Assembly: GCA_043228905.1 (NCBI GenBank)
Contig: JBHGNT010000003.1
Span: 6,944,001 to 7,008,000, forward strand
Length of the DNA stretch: 64,000 bases
Source: Azolla caroliniana
Taxonomy: Eukaryota; Plantae; Polypodiophyta
Direction: 5' to 3'
The notes beneath the pieces were generated by a model. The model was not told the DNA's origin. It worked only from the letters and a program-made list of their open reading frames with translations, and did no database searches. Made by a program: the position numbers and the translations under genes. The stretch's first letter is position 1. Each line of letters opens with the position of its first letter. Of this stretch, positions 13,172 through 25,003 are shown piece after piece.

Positions 13172-14068
13172 TGTCGGAGTAGTTGTGGTTCGTGCGGCGA
13201 AGTCGTAGGGACTAAGGTTAAAGGGAGTCGGCTATATATTTTATAAGGCTTTGTGCATTGATGTTAGGAAGATTAAGGATAAGAAGAATAAGAGTTAAAA
13301 GTATTGTGTGACAAAGAGACGAGCGTAGATTAGAGACAAAGATAATGTATGACTTAAGAAGTAATAGTATATGATATTAACATGATTTATATTAAGAAGA
13401 TAAAATTTTACCACAAAGATTAAGGATAATAGGAATAAAAGTTGAAAGTAATGTACGAGAGAGAGACGAGCAAGGATGAGAGATAGAGACAATGTATGAT
13501 TGAAGAGGTAAGCAAATAAGATAAGAATATGTATTATATTGAAAACCCAAAATTTTACCAAAGTTACAATGTTGAGCACAAAATGCGACTTTTCTTTTGT
13601 TGAACTATAGATTTGAACTCTTGACTCCTACTTTGAAACACGTGCCTTTTCTCCAAATGAGCTAATTGATTTGTTTGATTATTATTCTCTAAATTTCCCT
13701 TGATTAATTGATTACCCTGTTTTCCCTTTATTCATCCCTTAATTCCTTGCCTCTCTTTATAGGTTCTCTCATGCATATGATGATATGGGGGTGCATGGCA
13801 TGCATGTAATGCATGTGATGCATGATCGCCATTTGGCGCACATGCTTTACATGTGATGCATGATAGCCATCATGCTCATCTAAGCTCTAATGTATGAAGA
13901 TACACATGTCTTAACTATGGTGATAAAAATATAACTATAGAAAATAATTTATCCTAATGGTATATGCTTCGTCCTTGGTGTGTGAGGTTACGGGTTCAAG
14001 TCTCTCAAATGTTACTTAATACAATATTCAAGTTTTTTTTTATATCCTGAAGCAAATCCTTCACGACA
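13172..14068 (-). mobile_element. Solo LTR (Trp-primed Gypsy family) nested in the LTR of element K
   Basis: TGTCGG...CTTCACGACA termini; 4-bp flanks GCGT/GCGC; U3 homologous to the LTRs at 29087-30104 and 34465-35169. Confidence 0.75.
13950..14003 (+). promoter_or_regulatory. tRNA-like A-box/B-box module inside LTR (antisense to the element)
   Basis: TATCCTAATGG, 32 nt, GGTTCAAGTCT. Confidence 0.55.
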
Positions 14069-14587
14069 GCGCATGCACACACACACATTAACGTGAGATA
14101 ATTTGGTGAACCCGACATGAAAGAGCAGCAAGGGAGGATGACTACGACAAAGGAAGATTGAGAGGAAATGATGATAAGATTAGTGGAGGAAAATAAAAAA
14201 CGAGATGTGGCTCAACATGTCTCAAGAGCGTTGTCGAAAAAGTCGGTTGTTTTAATAAGGGCAACATCCCAGAATTTTTAAAAGCCTACAATGCCGAGAT
14301 GAATAACGAAGAGGTGAACAAGGCATAGAGGCTCCAATGTTTTTGTCAGGTGCTAGCCGTGGTGATGTACAAAGAGGTCAAGAAGCTTCAAGAAGCCCAC
14401 GACTCATGGGTATCCTTTGAGGAAGCGCTACTAGAGATGTACAATTACAAAGAAACAAAGGAAAGAAGTTAGTAGGAATTCAACCTATGGATGCCATCGA
14501 CAAAGACCCACCAAAGTACTATGCACACATTCCTAGAGTTCAAGCATCGTTTTGCTCAACTCTTGGAGTGGGAGCAAAGATTGGTAA

Positions 14588-15521
14588 CACAGGGACATTT
14601 GAAATAGGTAATACGTCGCATTTTGAGAATAGTCCGTCAAAAAAGGACACAAAATAGGTCAATTAAAAAAAAGGGTGCCGCATGCATAAAGGTTTTTCAA
14701 AAATGTGCCAGAATATATTGATTTTTAGCATGTCCAAAATTTTAGGGCTTTCCAAAAATGCCTAAATAATAAACATGCAAAACTTACAAAAAAATGTACA
14801 AAATTACTACCATCTATATTTATACATATTCGTGATTTAACATTTTGATGTAAAATACAATATTTACAATTCATGTATCTGAACTATCACTTCCCAATGC
14901 TATGCCATCATTTTCAAACCCATTCGATGAACTAGAAGACCCTTGTGAGGTCTCATCCTCATCATCAAAGGCAACCAATGGCTTGTCTTCATCCAATTGA
15001 AATCCAACCTCACCGTGATTATGAGACATGCTTCTTGTTTGTCTTTGAGTCGTGTCTAGAGCCCCATTTGGGATCTTCTCTTTTATTATCTTGATTGCAA
15101 TCTTTCTTAGGTCAGCTGTTTTGGTCAAGGAGAAGTCATACACTAGTATGTCAACATGATCTACTTTCAGAGTAGACATGCTCGATAGCTTCTTTCTTCT
15201 TCGCTTTTTGCTTGTGCCTCTGACATCCTTAACCATCTCTAAAGAGTACTTCCTAGTAAATGCATCAAGGGAAGAGGTGTGATACCAATGAACCACAACA
15301 GACTTAACTTGATTGCCTGGTTCATCCTTCATTATAATTTTAGCAATCCAAAAGGGATGACCCAACTCATCATCCCCAACTAATGTTGCAACCAACATCC
15401 CAACTTTTAGCTCAAGCAAATTGCCTTGCCATCTTGCCTCTGCCGTATGCAATATTCTTGGTCCCACATAAATATCTCTTTGTCATGGGTGAACTAGATT
15501 ATTGCCTTCAATATTATCTAT
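14588..15521 (-). mobile_element. Left end of a TIR DNA transposon (EnSpm/CACTA-like CACAG terminus or MULE-like GGGACA terminus; superfamily unresolved)
   Basis: It interrupts gag of element K. The terminal 115 bp are homologous in inverted orientation to 1-125. It contains the 3' end of a minus-strand ORF and is interrupted at 15522 by a Copia LTR. Confidence 0.6.
14871..15467 (-). pseudogene. C-terminal part of a putative transposon-encoded protein (PFWIAK...VHWY beta-rich domain, basic NLS-like KKRRRKK, acidic tail); 5' part lost
   Basis: 198-codon open frame with protein-like composition, ending about 280 bp inside the TIR. Upstream sequence is replaced by Copia A. Confidence 0.5.
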
Positions 15522-16474
15522 TGATTGATGGTGAGTAGTTGACACCATTGATGGTACACTCTAAAGAAATGAGGAGGCAAGAGTGGTTGTAATGCAGCGG
15601 AAGATGAGTGAGTGAGTGTGTGTGTGTGTGTCAAGATAGAGAGAGAGAGGGTGAGAGAGAGAGAGCTCTTACGACAGAGATAGACAAATTGTATATTAAC
15701 CAAAATTACATCAAAGCATAAAACATCCAACAACAACTAAGTTACAATACGTTGGTTTATATACCAACTAAGCTAGGGCAAGTGCCCTTTCTATTATTTA
15801 CAAAACTAGCCCAACATGTCCATGAGCTAGTGTGAACCCTATCTAAGGGAAGTTGTGTTCGACTCTCAACACGCCCCTTCGAGCACAACTTCTATCTGTC
15901 GAGAAGGTTGTTCGGTTCGTACTTCGACTTGTGTAGTCGGCTATGTTGCGTACTCGTTGCATGTTGCTTCCATGTCGCCTGTACCTGTACTCCCCCTCAA
16001 GTTCGGCAATGTAGATGTCGTGAGACCATGGTCCGATGCAAATTGCCCGAGCTTGTCGAATCCTAAGGCCTTTGTAAATATATCAGCAACTTGGAGGCGC
16101 GTACTGGTACATTGTAGATCGATCTCGCCGGCCTATACGCGCTCGCGGATGAAGTGGTAATGCACTTCGATATGTTTAGTCCGTGCGTGAAATACGGGGT
16201 TCCGTGCCAGTTAGATACTGCTCATGTTGTCGCAGTAGAGACAAATTGGATTGTTGATGGTAATGCCCAGATCCTTTAGTATGCGTTTAAGCCATACGAC
16301 TTCGCATGCGGCGATTGTTGCGCCCCTAAATTCAGCTTTCGTGCTCGATAGTGCGACTGTCGACTGTTTCTGGCTGCTCCAGGATATTGCTCCACTACCG
16401 AGGGAGGAGACAAATCTGGAGTTGGATCTTCTATCCGCTTTATAACCTGCCCAGTCCGTGTCGGTGTACCCTTC

Positions 16475-19400
16475 TGTTGGGAATCACCGCTTGGATTCAC
16501 CTTCTTCCCTCGGCCACAACCGAGTAATCGCGGATCAATGGAGCAGAAAATAGGAACCAAAAGAAGAGATACACGAGACGCGTTTACACAGGGATTAACG
16601 TGGAAAACCCTAGATGGGAAAAACCACGGGAGTACGAGACTCCAAACCAACACTATACAGAGAAGTATACAAAGGCGAGCTGCAAGGCAACGACCTTGAG
16701 CTCGCTGTCCTCGCCACAGGCGGCGGAAATACACAGAGGCGTCTACCTCTTTCTCTCTCGCGCTCTCTCTCTCTCTCTCTCTCACGGCTGCTCTCTCTTC
16801 ACTCCTCTAAAGTGGAAAAACAGAAAAATGAGAAGCAACAGTAAAACTGTTTGCCCTAAGTCATATTTATACTTATATGACTTTGGGCTATTTACAACTG
16901 TAGCCTCAGGGGCCCATAGCGAACATATTCACGGATATGTCCCTGCATCCGGATCGCTCTCCGGGTACATTCGTCATCCGGTACCGAAACCGGGATCTTC
17001 GTCATCCGGATCCGAAACCAGAACCGGGCTTGTCGGCATCCATCTCAGATATCCGACCATCCCATCCGAAAGGGACCGAAATCCCAACAAACTCCCCCTT
17101 CACTTCGGCATGGGATGTCTCTCCAATCCGATCCTCTTCCGGCATGCTTCCAGCTTGTCGGGTGTGAGCACCTTGGTCAGCATATCCGACCCGTTCTCGT
17201 CCGTGTGGATCTTCGTCAGCACGAACTCCTTGTCTTCTATCCTTTCCCGGATCCAGTGATATCTTCGCTGGATGTGCTTCGTCCGGGAGTGATAGGCCGC
17301 GTTCTTTGCAAGGTGGATTGCACTCTGACTGTCGCAGTAGAGTCGGTACTCCTCCTGCCGGATACCGAGCTCTCTAATGAAGTCCTTCATCCATATTATT
17401 TCCTTGCCGGCTTCAACAGCCGCCATGTACTCCGCCTCCGTGGTTGACAACGCAACCGTCTTCTGCAGCCTCGACTGCCATGAAACAGCTCCCCCTGCAT
17501 ACGTCATCACATACCCTGATGTGGACCGGCTGGTATCTGCATCAGCCGACATATCCGAATCGGTGAAACCGTCGAGTTCGGGTTTACCGGAGCCGAATCG
17601 GAGGCACACGTTTGCCGTGCCCTTCAGGTATCGGAGTATCCACTTGACCGCGGTCCAATGCTCTTTGCCGGGATTGCTCATGTACCGGCTCACCACTCCG
17701 ACTGCATATCCGATGTCCGGTCTCGAACACACCATGGCGTACATCAAGCTCCCGACGGCTGAGGCATACGGCACTTTCATAATATCCTCCTTTTCAGCCT
17801 TTGTCTTGGGACTTTGCTTGCTGGACAGCTTGCAGTTTGCCGGGAGGGTCGTTCCGACCGGTCTTGCTTCCGACATGTTGAACCGGTGAAGCACCTTCGT
17901 CACGTACTTCTCCTGTGACAGCCACAACTGCTTCTTCTTCCGGTCCCGGATGATGTGCATCCCTAGTATTTGCCTCGCCGGACCCAGGTCCTTCATTGAG
18001 AAGGTTCGGTGAAGAGCCTTCTTCAGCATCCGTATCTTGACCTGGTCCCGTCCGACGATCAACATGTCGTCCACGTACAGGAGAAGTATTAGAGAGTCTC
18101 CTCCTTCGAACTTCTTCACAAACACGCAGTGGTCGGACTGCGTTTTGAGGTACCCTTCGTCGGTCATGAAGGAGTCGAACTTCCGGTACCATTGCCGGGG
18201 AGCCTGCTTCAGTCCGTAAAGGCTCTTCTTCAACCGGCATACCAGGTGCTCCTTCCCTTTCTTCTCGAATCCTTCCGGTTGCTGCATGTAGATCTCTTCT
18301 TCGAGGTCACCGTGAAGGAATGCCGTCTTCACGTCCATCTGTTCTACCTCGAGATCCATGCTTGCCGCTATGCTCAGCACCGTCCGGATGGAGGTCATCT
18401 TCACTACCGGGGCAAATATCTCGTCGAAGTCGACGCCCTTCTTCTGCTGAAACCCCTTCACCACGATCCTGGCTTTGTATCTCGGGGGGTTTCCGGCATC
18501 TCCCGGTTTCAGCTTGAACACCCACTTGTTACGGAGTGCCCGTTTTCCTTTCGGCAACTCCACAAGTTCATATGTGTGGTTCTCATGCAGGGAATCCATC
18601 TCGTCCTGCATGGCACTCAACCACCTGCGGCTCTGGGTGTCATGCTTTGCTTCTTCAAAGCTCTCCGGCTCCCCCTCGTCGGTTAGCAGCACATGCTCTG
18701 GTTCCGGAAATCTCCGGGGGGCCCTTCTCTCTCTTAGAGGATATCTCCGTTCCGGAGCTTCGGTAACCGGTTCTTCCGATTCTTCTTCTTCATCCGAATC
18801 CATTTCGGGATTGGGATCGGGGCCGGTTCCGGTATCATTTTCGTCTTCTTCGGCCGGTTCTGTTTCTTCACCGTCTTCGGCCGGATCCTCGAGTGCTAAC
18901 CGGTCCCTTGCCGGTCGGGACTGCTCCTCGTAGAGTTGATCCTCACTGGTCGACTTGGAGCTCTTCATCTTTTTCTCCGACTCCCAGTCGGCGAGTGTCT
19001 TGTCCTCCATGAAGATGATGTCTCGACTCCTGAATATCTTCTTGTCGACCGGGTCCCATACTCGGTAGCCGAACTCGTCGTCGCCGTAACCGAGGAATAT
19101 GCATGGCCGGGTCTTCGGATCTAGCTTTCCTCTCCGGTCCTTTGCCACATGCACGTATGCGAGACACCCGAACACCTTCAGATGCCGGTAGGATACTTCC
19201 CTACCAGTCCACACTCTCTGCGGCGTGTCTCCGTCCAAAGGTACTGAGGGTGATCTGTTTATCACATATGTCGCCGTCGACATTGCCTCAGCCCAAAATC
19301 CCTTGGGTAATTTCGCATGTGCCAGCATACTCCGGACCCTCTCCATTATGGTCCGGTTCATCCTCTCGGCCAGCCCGTTCAGTTCCGGCGTCTTCGGCAC

Positions 19401-21826
19401 AGTAAACTCGAGTCGGATTCCCTTCGAGCGACAGTACTCCTGGAACTGCCCCCGGTATTCCCCTCCGTTATCCGCTCGTATCGCTTTCAGCTTCTTGCCG
19501 GATTCCCTTTCCACTCTCGCGTGGAGTTCTTTGAAGACGGACAACACTTGGTCCTTTGTCTTCATCGGTGCCGTCCACAGTCTTCGGCTATGATCATCTA
19601 TGAAAGTTACGAAGTACTGGGCTCCGCCATGTGACTTCGTTTCTACCTGACACACATCGGTGTGCACCAACTCCAATGGTGCGCTACGTCTCGTCGGTGG
19701 CCTTGAGTGGAAGGAGGTTCGGTTCTGCTTACCGGCCAGGCAATCGGTGCACTTCTCCAGGTGCACGTGCTTCACTGGAATAAGGTTGTCTTCTGCAAGC
19801 CTCTTCATCCCCTTCTCACTCATGTGGCACAGTCTTTTGTGCCACAGCTCACCGGCAGTGTCGGCTGCCACATTCAGCTCTTCCGGACATAACCAGGCAT
19901 TCATCAGGTACAGTGTGTTGACCTTCCGGGCCCGAGCCACTATCAAGCTCCCCTTGCTGAACTTCATGACACCGTTCCGGATGCTACCCGTGTAGCCTTC
20001 ATCATCTAGCCTCCCGGCCGAAATCAGGTTCAGTCGGACCTCCGGAACGTGTCGGACATTCTTCAGCAGCATTTTGCATCCGGTCGGGGTTGTCAACCAC
20101 ACGTCTCCTATGCCGGCGATCCGGCACGTACCTTCGTTTCCCATCCGAACACAGCCATGCTCGCCGGCTGTGTAGGATGAGAAGTATCTTCTCTCCGGGG
20201 TCAGGTGGAACGATGCTCCGGAATCGACCACCCAGGTCGTCTCATCGCCGGCAATGTTTAGTTCACCTTCTTCGGTGATGAGCATGATTTCTTCCTCGCT
20301 TGCCGCGAGTGCCATTGTTCCTTTCCGGTCCTGTTCTCGCCGATCCGAACCATTCCGGTCCGTGGCTCCCCGGTATGCACCGTTTCTCTCCGGTGACTTC
20401 TTCGAATCGGTGTTGTCGGTTCCAATGTCTTTTCGGTAATGCCGACAATTCTTTCGGAAGTGCCCCGGCTTCCCACAGTGGAAGCATGTGGGCCTTCCTC
20501 TTGACTGCGACCGGGTCCCCGACTTCTCCCGTCTTTGCGGACTCCGGTTCCATTGTCTTCCCCGATCCGATTCGGTAAACAATATCTTCGGGTCGGAGGC
20601 CGGTTCCTTATCTCTCCGACGCGCTTCTTCATTCAAAATACTTGTCTTTACCGTTTGTAAGGACAAGTTATCTTCGGTGCAGGAGGTGCTGAGAGTCACC
20701 ACCAAGTTCTCCCAGCTTTCTGGCAATGTACACATCAGGATGATGGCTTGCATTGCATCCTCCAACGGGAACTTGATCGCCGCAAGCTGATTCACGAATC
20801 CCATGAACGTGCTTACGTGTTCCACCATACTCTCGCCGTCCCGGTACTTGAGATTTACTATCTTCCTCATCAGGGAGGTCCGGTTCAACGCATTCTTCCT
20901 CTCGTAGAGGCCCGACAGCTTCTTCCACATCTCATATGCGTTGGTGTCGTTCGCCACATGTTGTAGAACGCTTACGTCGACATATTGTCGGATCGTCGCT
21001 ACGGCTTTCCGGTTCAGGAGCTTCCACTCCGACTCAAGTACCCCCTTCGGTATTTCCGACCTGTCAATCGGTTCGTACAGGTCCCGAACAATCAGAAGAT
21101 CCTCCATCTTGATCTTCCAGTCGGCGTAATTCTGTGCATTCAGCACCATCATCATCGGCTGCCCGCTGCCGCCGCCTTCCATTTTCTGCAACAGTCGCTC
21201 TGATACCAGATTGTTGGGAATCACCGCTTGGATTCACCTTCTTCCCTCGGCCACAACCGAGTAATCGCGGATCAATGGAGCAGAAAATAGGAACCAAAAG
21301 AAGAGATACACGAGACGCGTTTACACAGGGATTAACGTGGAAAACCCTAGATGGGAAAAACCACGGGAGTACGAGACTCCAAACCAACACTATACAGAGA
21401 AGTATACAAAGGCGAGCTGCAAGGCAACGACCTTGAGCTCGCTGTCCTCGCCACAGGCGGCGGAAATACACAGAGGCGTCTACCTCTTTCTCTCTCGCGC
21501 TCTCTCTCTCTCTCTCTCTCACGGCTGCTCTCTCTTCACTCCTCTAAAGTGGAAAAACAGAAAAATGAGAAGCAACAGTAAAACTGTTTGCCCTAAGTCA
21601 TATTTATACTTATATGACTTTGGGCTATTTACAACTGTAGCCTCAGGGGCCCATAGCGAACATATTCACGGATATGTCCCTGCATCCGGATCGCTCTCCG
21701 GGTACATTCGTCATCCGGTACCGAAACCGGGATCTTCGTCATCCGGATCCGAAACCGGAACCGGGCTTGTCGGCATCCATCTCAGATATCCGACCATCCC
21801 ATCCGAAAGGGACCGAAATCCCAACA
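16475..21826 (-). mobile_element. Intact, very young Ty1/Copia element B (Tnt1/Tork-like)
   Basis: 615-bp LTRs at 16475-17089 and 21212-21826 (TG...CA; one substitution seen). 5-bp TSD CCTTC (16470-16474 / 21827-21831). tRNA-iMet PBS TGGTATCAGAGC at 21197-21208. PPT at 17090-17100. Confidence 0.97.
17100..21182 (-). CDS. Copia B Gag-Pol polyprotein (1360 aa, uninterrupted)
   Basis: Zinc knuckle CFHCGKPGHFRKNC, protease VDSGAS, integrase (LWHKRLCH, VHTDVC, ADNGGEY, AERMNRT), RT LYVDDML, RNase H (FTDSDM, TEAEY, CDSQSA). Confidence 0.96.
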   Translation of the reverse strand: MEGGGSGQPMMMVLNAQNYADWKIKMEDLLIVRDLYEPIDRSEIPKGVLESEWKLLNRKAVATIRQYVDVSVLQHVANDTNAYEMWKKLSGLYERKNALNRTSLMRKIVNLKYRDGESMVEHVSTFMGFVNQLAAIKFPLEDAMQAIILMCTLPESWENLVVTLSTSCTEDNLSLQTVKTSILNEEARRRDKEPASDPKILFTESDRGRQWNRSPQRREKSGTRSQSRGRPTCFHCGKPGHFRKNCRHYRKDIGTDNTDSKKSPERNGAYRGATDRNGSDRREQDRKGTMALAASEEEIMLITEEGELNIAGDETTWVVDSGASFHLTPERRYFSSYTAGEHGCVRMGNEGTCRIAGIGDVWLTTPTGCKMLLKNVRHVPEVRLNLISAGRLDDEGYTGSIRNGVMKFSKGSLIVARARKVNTLYLMNAWLCPEELNVAADTAGELWHKRLCHMSEKGMKRLAEDNLIPVKHVHLEKCTDCLAGKQNRTSFHSRPPTRRSAPLELVHTDVCQVETKSHGGAQYFVTFIDDHSRRLWTAPMKTKDQVLSVFKELHARVERESGKKLKAIRADNGGEYRGQFQEYCRSKGIRLEFTVPKTPELNGLAERMNRTIMERVRSMLAHAKLPKGFWAEAMSTATYVINRSPSVPLDGDTPQRVWTGREVSYRHLKVFGCLAYVHVAKDRRGKLDPKTRPCIFLGYGDDEFGYRVWDPVDKKIFRSRDIIFMEDKTLADWESEKKMKSSKSTSEDQLYEEQSRPARDRLALEDPAEDGEETEPAEEDENDTGTGPDPNPEMDSDEEEESEEPVTEAPERRYPLRERRAPRRFPEPEHVLLTDEGEPESFEEAKHDTQSRRWLSAMQDEMDSLHENHTYELVELPKGKRALRNKWVFKLKPGDAGNPPRYKARIVVKGFQQKKGVDFDEIFAPVVKMTSIRTVLSIAASMDLEVEQMDVKTAFLHGDLEEEIYMQQPEGFEKKGKEHLVCRLKKSLYGLKQAPRQWYRKFDSFMTDEGYLKTQSDHCVFVKKFEGGDSLILLLYVDDMLIVGRDQVKIRMLKKALHRTFSMKDLGPARQILGMHIIRDRKKKQLWLSQEKYVTKVLHRFNMSEARPVGTTLPANCKLSSKQSPKTKAEKEDIMKVPYASAVGSLMYAMVCSRPDIGYAVGVVSRYMSNPGKEHWTAVKWILRYLKGTANVCLRFGSGKPELDGFTDSDMSADADTSRSTSGYVMTYAGGAVSWQSRLQKTVALSTTEAEYMAAVEAGKEIIWMKDFIRELGIRQEEYRLYCDSQSAIHLAKNAAYHSRTKHIQRRYHWIRERIEDKEFVLTKIHTDENGSDMLTKVLTPDKLEACRKRIGLERHPMPK

Positions 21827-24296
21827 CCTTCGAGTCGAATAGTCGTGTTCGACTTATACATGATGCCGTAGGCCATTGTCATATTGACATACCGTAATAT
21901 CTACATGAATTGGCTAAGTAGGCCGATTGAATAACTGAGGTCGGGTGGCGTAATGGTTAGATAGATCAAACTAACGATCAAATTTCGATACTGAGTCGGC
22001 TCGTTCTCAGTGGTTCCGGAATTGGCATCAATCTTTAGGTTACGATCGAGAGGAGTAGACACAGGCTTGCACTCGGTCATTACAAACTTGTAGAGTAAGT
22101 TAAGGACGTAGTGCCGTTGCGAGATCATTATCCCGACTGGTGTCCGAATTACTTCAATGCCTAGGATGTAATGGAGTTCGTGCAGGTCTTTCATTTCGAA
22201 TCTGCCGGAGAGAAGTGTTTTGACTTTGTTGATCTCGGCGAGTTCCTTTCCTCCGATAACCAAGTCATCCACGTATAGGATGATGACGATGAGGCTATCC
22301 GACTCATTTCAGACGTACTGAGAAGTATCGGATTTTGACATCTGAAATCTGACTTGATGAAGATACTGCGTAATCTTCGAATGCCAAGCACGCTGTGCTT
22401 GTTTGAGGCCGTAGAGTGGCTTCTTGAGTCGGCATACGGCGTGCAGATGTTTACGCGATCCGAATCCGGGTGGTTGTATCATGTACACCTCTTCTTCTAA
22501 CTCTCCTTGGAGGAAATCATTTTTCACGTCCAGCTAGTGGAGGTGCCATCCCTACGCTGCGGCGAGTGCAATTATTGTTCGTACAGTTGTCATCTTTGCC
22601 ACCGGGGCAAAGGTTTCTTCGTAGTCTAGGCCGTGCATTTGCGCGTAGCCTTTCGCAACGAGTTGTGCTTTGAAGCGATTTATAGATCCGTCAGCATTGT
22701 ATTTTACTTTGTATATCCATCTGCAACCAATCGCTTTCTTGTTCGGGGGGAGAGGAACGAGATCCCATGTCTCGTTTTTGCATAAAGCTTCCATCTCCTC
22801 ATTCATCCCGTCGACCCATCGCGGATCCTTTGCGGCTTCAGAAAGCGTTTCAGGTTCCCGTACTGACGCTACTTTCATCATAAAAGCGTAGTGATACGTC
22901 ATGTACTCATCGTAGCCGTAGTAGTTTACGGGGTTCTTTTCACGTGTGGATCGGCATAACTCTCGATCCGTGGGGAGTATGGCTTTTCTTCGCTCCATCT
23001 ATGCGGATGTCGAGATCTTCAAATTCACTGTGAAGAGAGTGAAGTATCTCGGTCTCTTCCTGATCTTCATATTGCCGCATTTTCGCCTTCCGTTTGCCTA
23101 GCTTCGGACTCGGTCGAGATTTGCTTTCATCGCCTGCCGGCTCTGATGGCGCACTCAGCCATGTCGTAATTGGAGTGTCTTCTAACATTTGTGTGAGCCG
23201 ATCCTCAGCTTTTATTTCTATTTCAGTGTCATCCGCGTCGAGTGGGGTTGGAGTCGAAGTGTTCTCTGGTGCTTACCAGGATGCGTATTCGTCAAAGACT
23301 ACGTCTCGACTTGTTCGAACCTTACGGGTAGATGGGTTGTAGCATTTGTACCCCTTTTGTTCAAGTGAGTATCCTACGAGGATACATTTCTCCAACTTTG
23401 GGTCAAGCTTTTGCCGCTTATCGTCGGGAATATGTACGTAGGCGATAGAATCGAAAATGCGGACATGTGACAAGTTCGGCTTCTTTCCGAAGAACTTCTC
23501 ATGCGGAGTTATATCATGTAGTCTTGAGGTTGTGCACCTGTTCATGAGATATACGGCGGTATTTGCCGCTTCTGCCCAATATGATTTCGGTAGGTTCTTC
23601 TCGTTCATCATGGCTCGTGCGACTTCTACTACATGGCGATTTTTACCCTCTGCTATGCCATTTTGCTGAGGCGTGTGTCGACACGAGAATTCAAGTCAGA
23701 TTCCTTCTTTTCGGAGATACGCCGAAAATTCATACGAAAAATATTCTTTGCCTCCATCTGATCGAAGACAGTGTACATGCCGTCCCGTAGTTTTTTTGAC
23801 TTCAGCTTTGAATGTCTGGAACTGCTTGAACACTTCACTCTTCTGCTTCATCGGATAGATCCAGGTGTTCCTGGAGAAGTCGTTGATGAACGTGACATAG
23901 TATCGGCATCCGCCGAATGTTGTTGTTTGTGCTGGTCCCCACACATCTGAATGTACGACATCCAGGATTCCTTTGCTCACATTCCGCTCTTTAGGCAATG
24001 GGTGACGACTTTGCTTTCCGAACTGACATGCTTCACATACGGCTGTAATCTCCTTTGTCGTGAAGTTCGGGAATCCAATTACGACTCCTTTCGATTGCAT
24101 GTTTTGCAACTTCTGGAGATTAATGTGGCTGATTCTCTTGTGCCACAGTTTTAAGTCAGTTTTGACTTTCTGGCCCTTTGCATACATGGCCGACTTTACC
24201 TCGCTCGATTCGAGGATGAACATACGGCCTTCTCGTCGGCCATGAGCTACGACTTGATCTCCTTTTTCGATGAAGCATCCGACATTATTGAAGCGT

Positions 24297-25003
24297 TGTC
24301 GCGTTACTACACGCGTGCGTGTAGAATAAGGCGGGACCACGGGGGTCTTGGACTAGGGAGTAGATGGGAAGACGGGTATGAGCAAAGCGGAAGAGATCAA
24401 CACGGTAGAGAAGGTAGAAAGAGACAAGATTCAAGAAGCTATGTATATTACGGGCATGAAAGCCTCCATGCGATTACAACCGCGACCGCGTGGGCCGAAC
24501 TCAAAACATATGTAGAATGTAAACCCTAATCGGATAAGTAAAGAAAGAAATGAAGAAAACCCTAAAACGAATAGAAACCCTCGACCTAAGTGGTATACCT
24601 CTTCTCACTCAAAATAAGCAACCCTCTCAATGGTGCCCCTTCCTCTCCTTTTATAGCATAAGGAGAGAAAGGCGTTACAAAAAGGAGGGACTAAATATCC
24701 CCTTCATTCAATGGGGGGATATTTGCTTAGATTCTTGGAGGAAGGATTGATGGGGCCTTAACTCCCACTCCTCACACATACTACTATGCCCATTACTCAC
24801 CTCATACTCCTATGTACCTCTCTCTCTCTCATGTGGAAGTGCATATCACATTTATGCTTTAGGAATCTTGTGGTGCATTTCTTACAATTTACATTTGTTC
24901 TTATTAATATTTTACAAATACATCATGTGCGTGTGCAATGTTGCACACCCCGGTTTTGCTCGCTCCGCTCGGTTTCCCCTTACGGACGAAAATCTTCACG
25001 ACA
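24297..25003 (-). mobile_element. Solo LTR (Trp-primed Gypsy family) with non-matching flanks, a probable recombinant
   Basis: TGTCGCGTT...CTTCACGACA termini; left end similar to the LTR at 48970. The left flank is Copia A (GCGT) and the right flank is unrelated sequence (TCGT). Confidence 0.8.

Larger units (their letters stand above)
11861..14587 (+). mobile_element. Old tRNA-Trp-primed Gypsy (element K): putative 5' LTR, PBS and gag fragment, truncated by a DNA transposon
   Basis: PBS TGGTGAACCCGACATGAA at 14104-14121. Decayed gag at 14140-14587 (FLKAYNAEM...SWVSFEEALL...HRFAQLLEWEQRLV) is homologous to gag of the element at 45068-50367. The LTR 3' end (CCCCGTGGTCCC...TAACGTG) is split by a solo LTR. 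The left boundary is uncertain. Confidence 0.65.
15522..24296 (-). mobile_element. Ty1/Copia element A, degenerate and 5'-truncated (integrase-RT-RNase H plus 3' LTR at about 15522-15871)
   Basis: Fragments LWHKRISH/VVHSDVWGP (23696-24296), RT (21901-22998) and RNase H (about 15990-16470), with stops and frameshifts. PPT at 15872-15879. Interrupted by Copia B; gag and 5' LTR missing. Confidence 0.9.

Noticed and set aside
1-14705. One large transposon capturing the LTPG gene (Pack-type element)
   Set aside because: The two termini face outward, not inward, so they do not enclose the gene as a single element.
16276-17259. 150-220 aa ORFs overlapping Copia LTRs (also near 21337, 56308, 57945 and 62603)
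   Set aside because: They are repeated only because the LTRs are repeated, run through microsatellites and show no recognisable domain.
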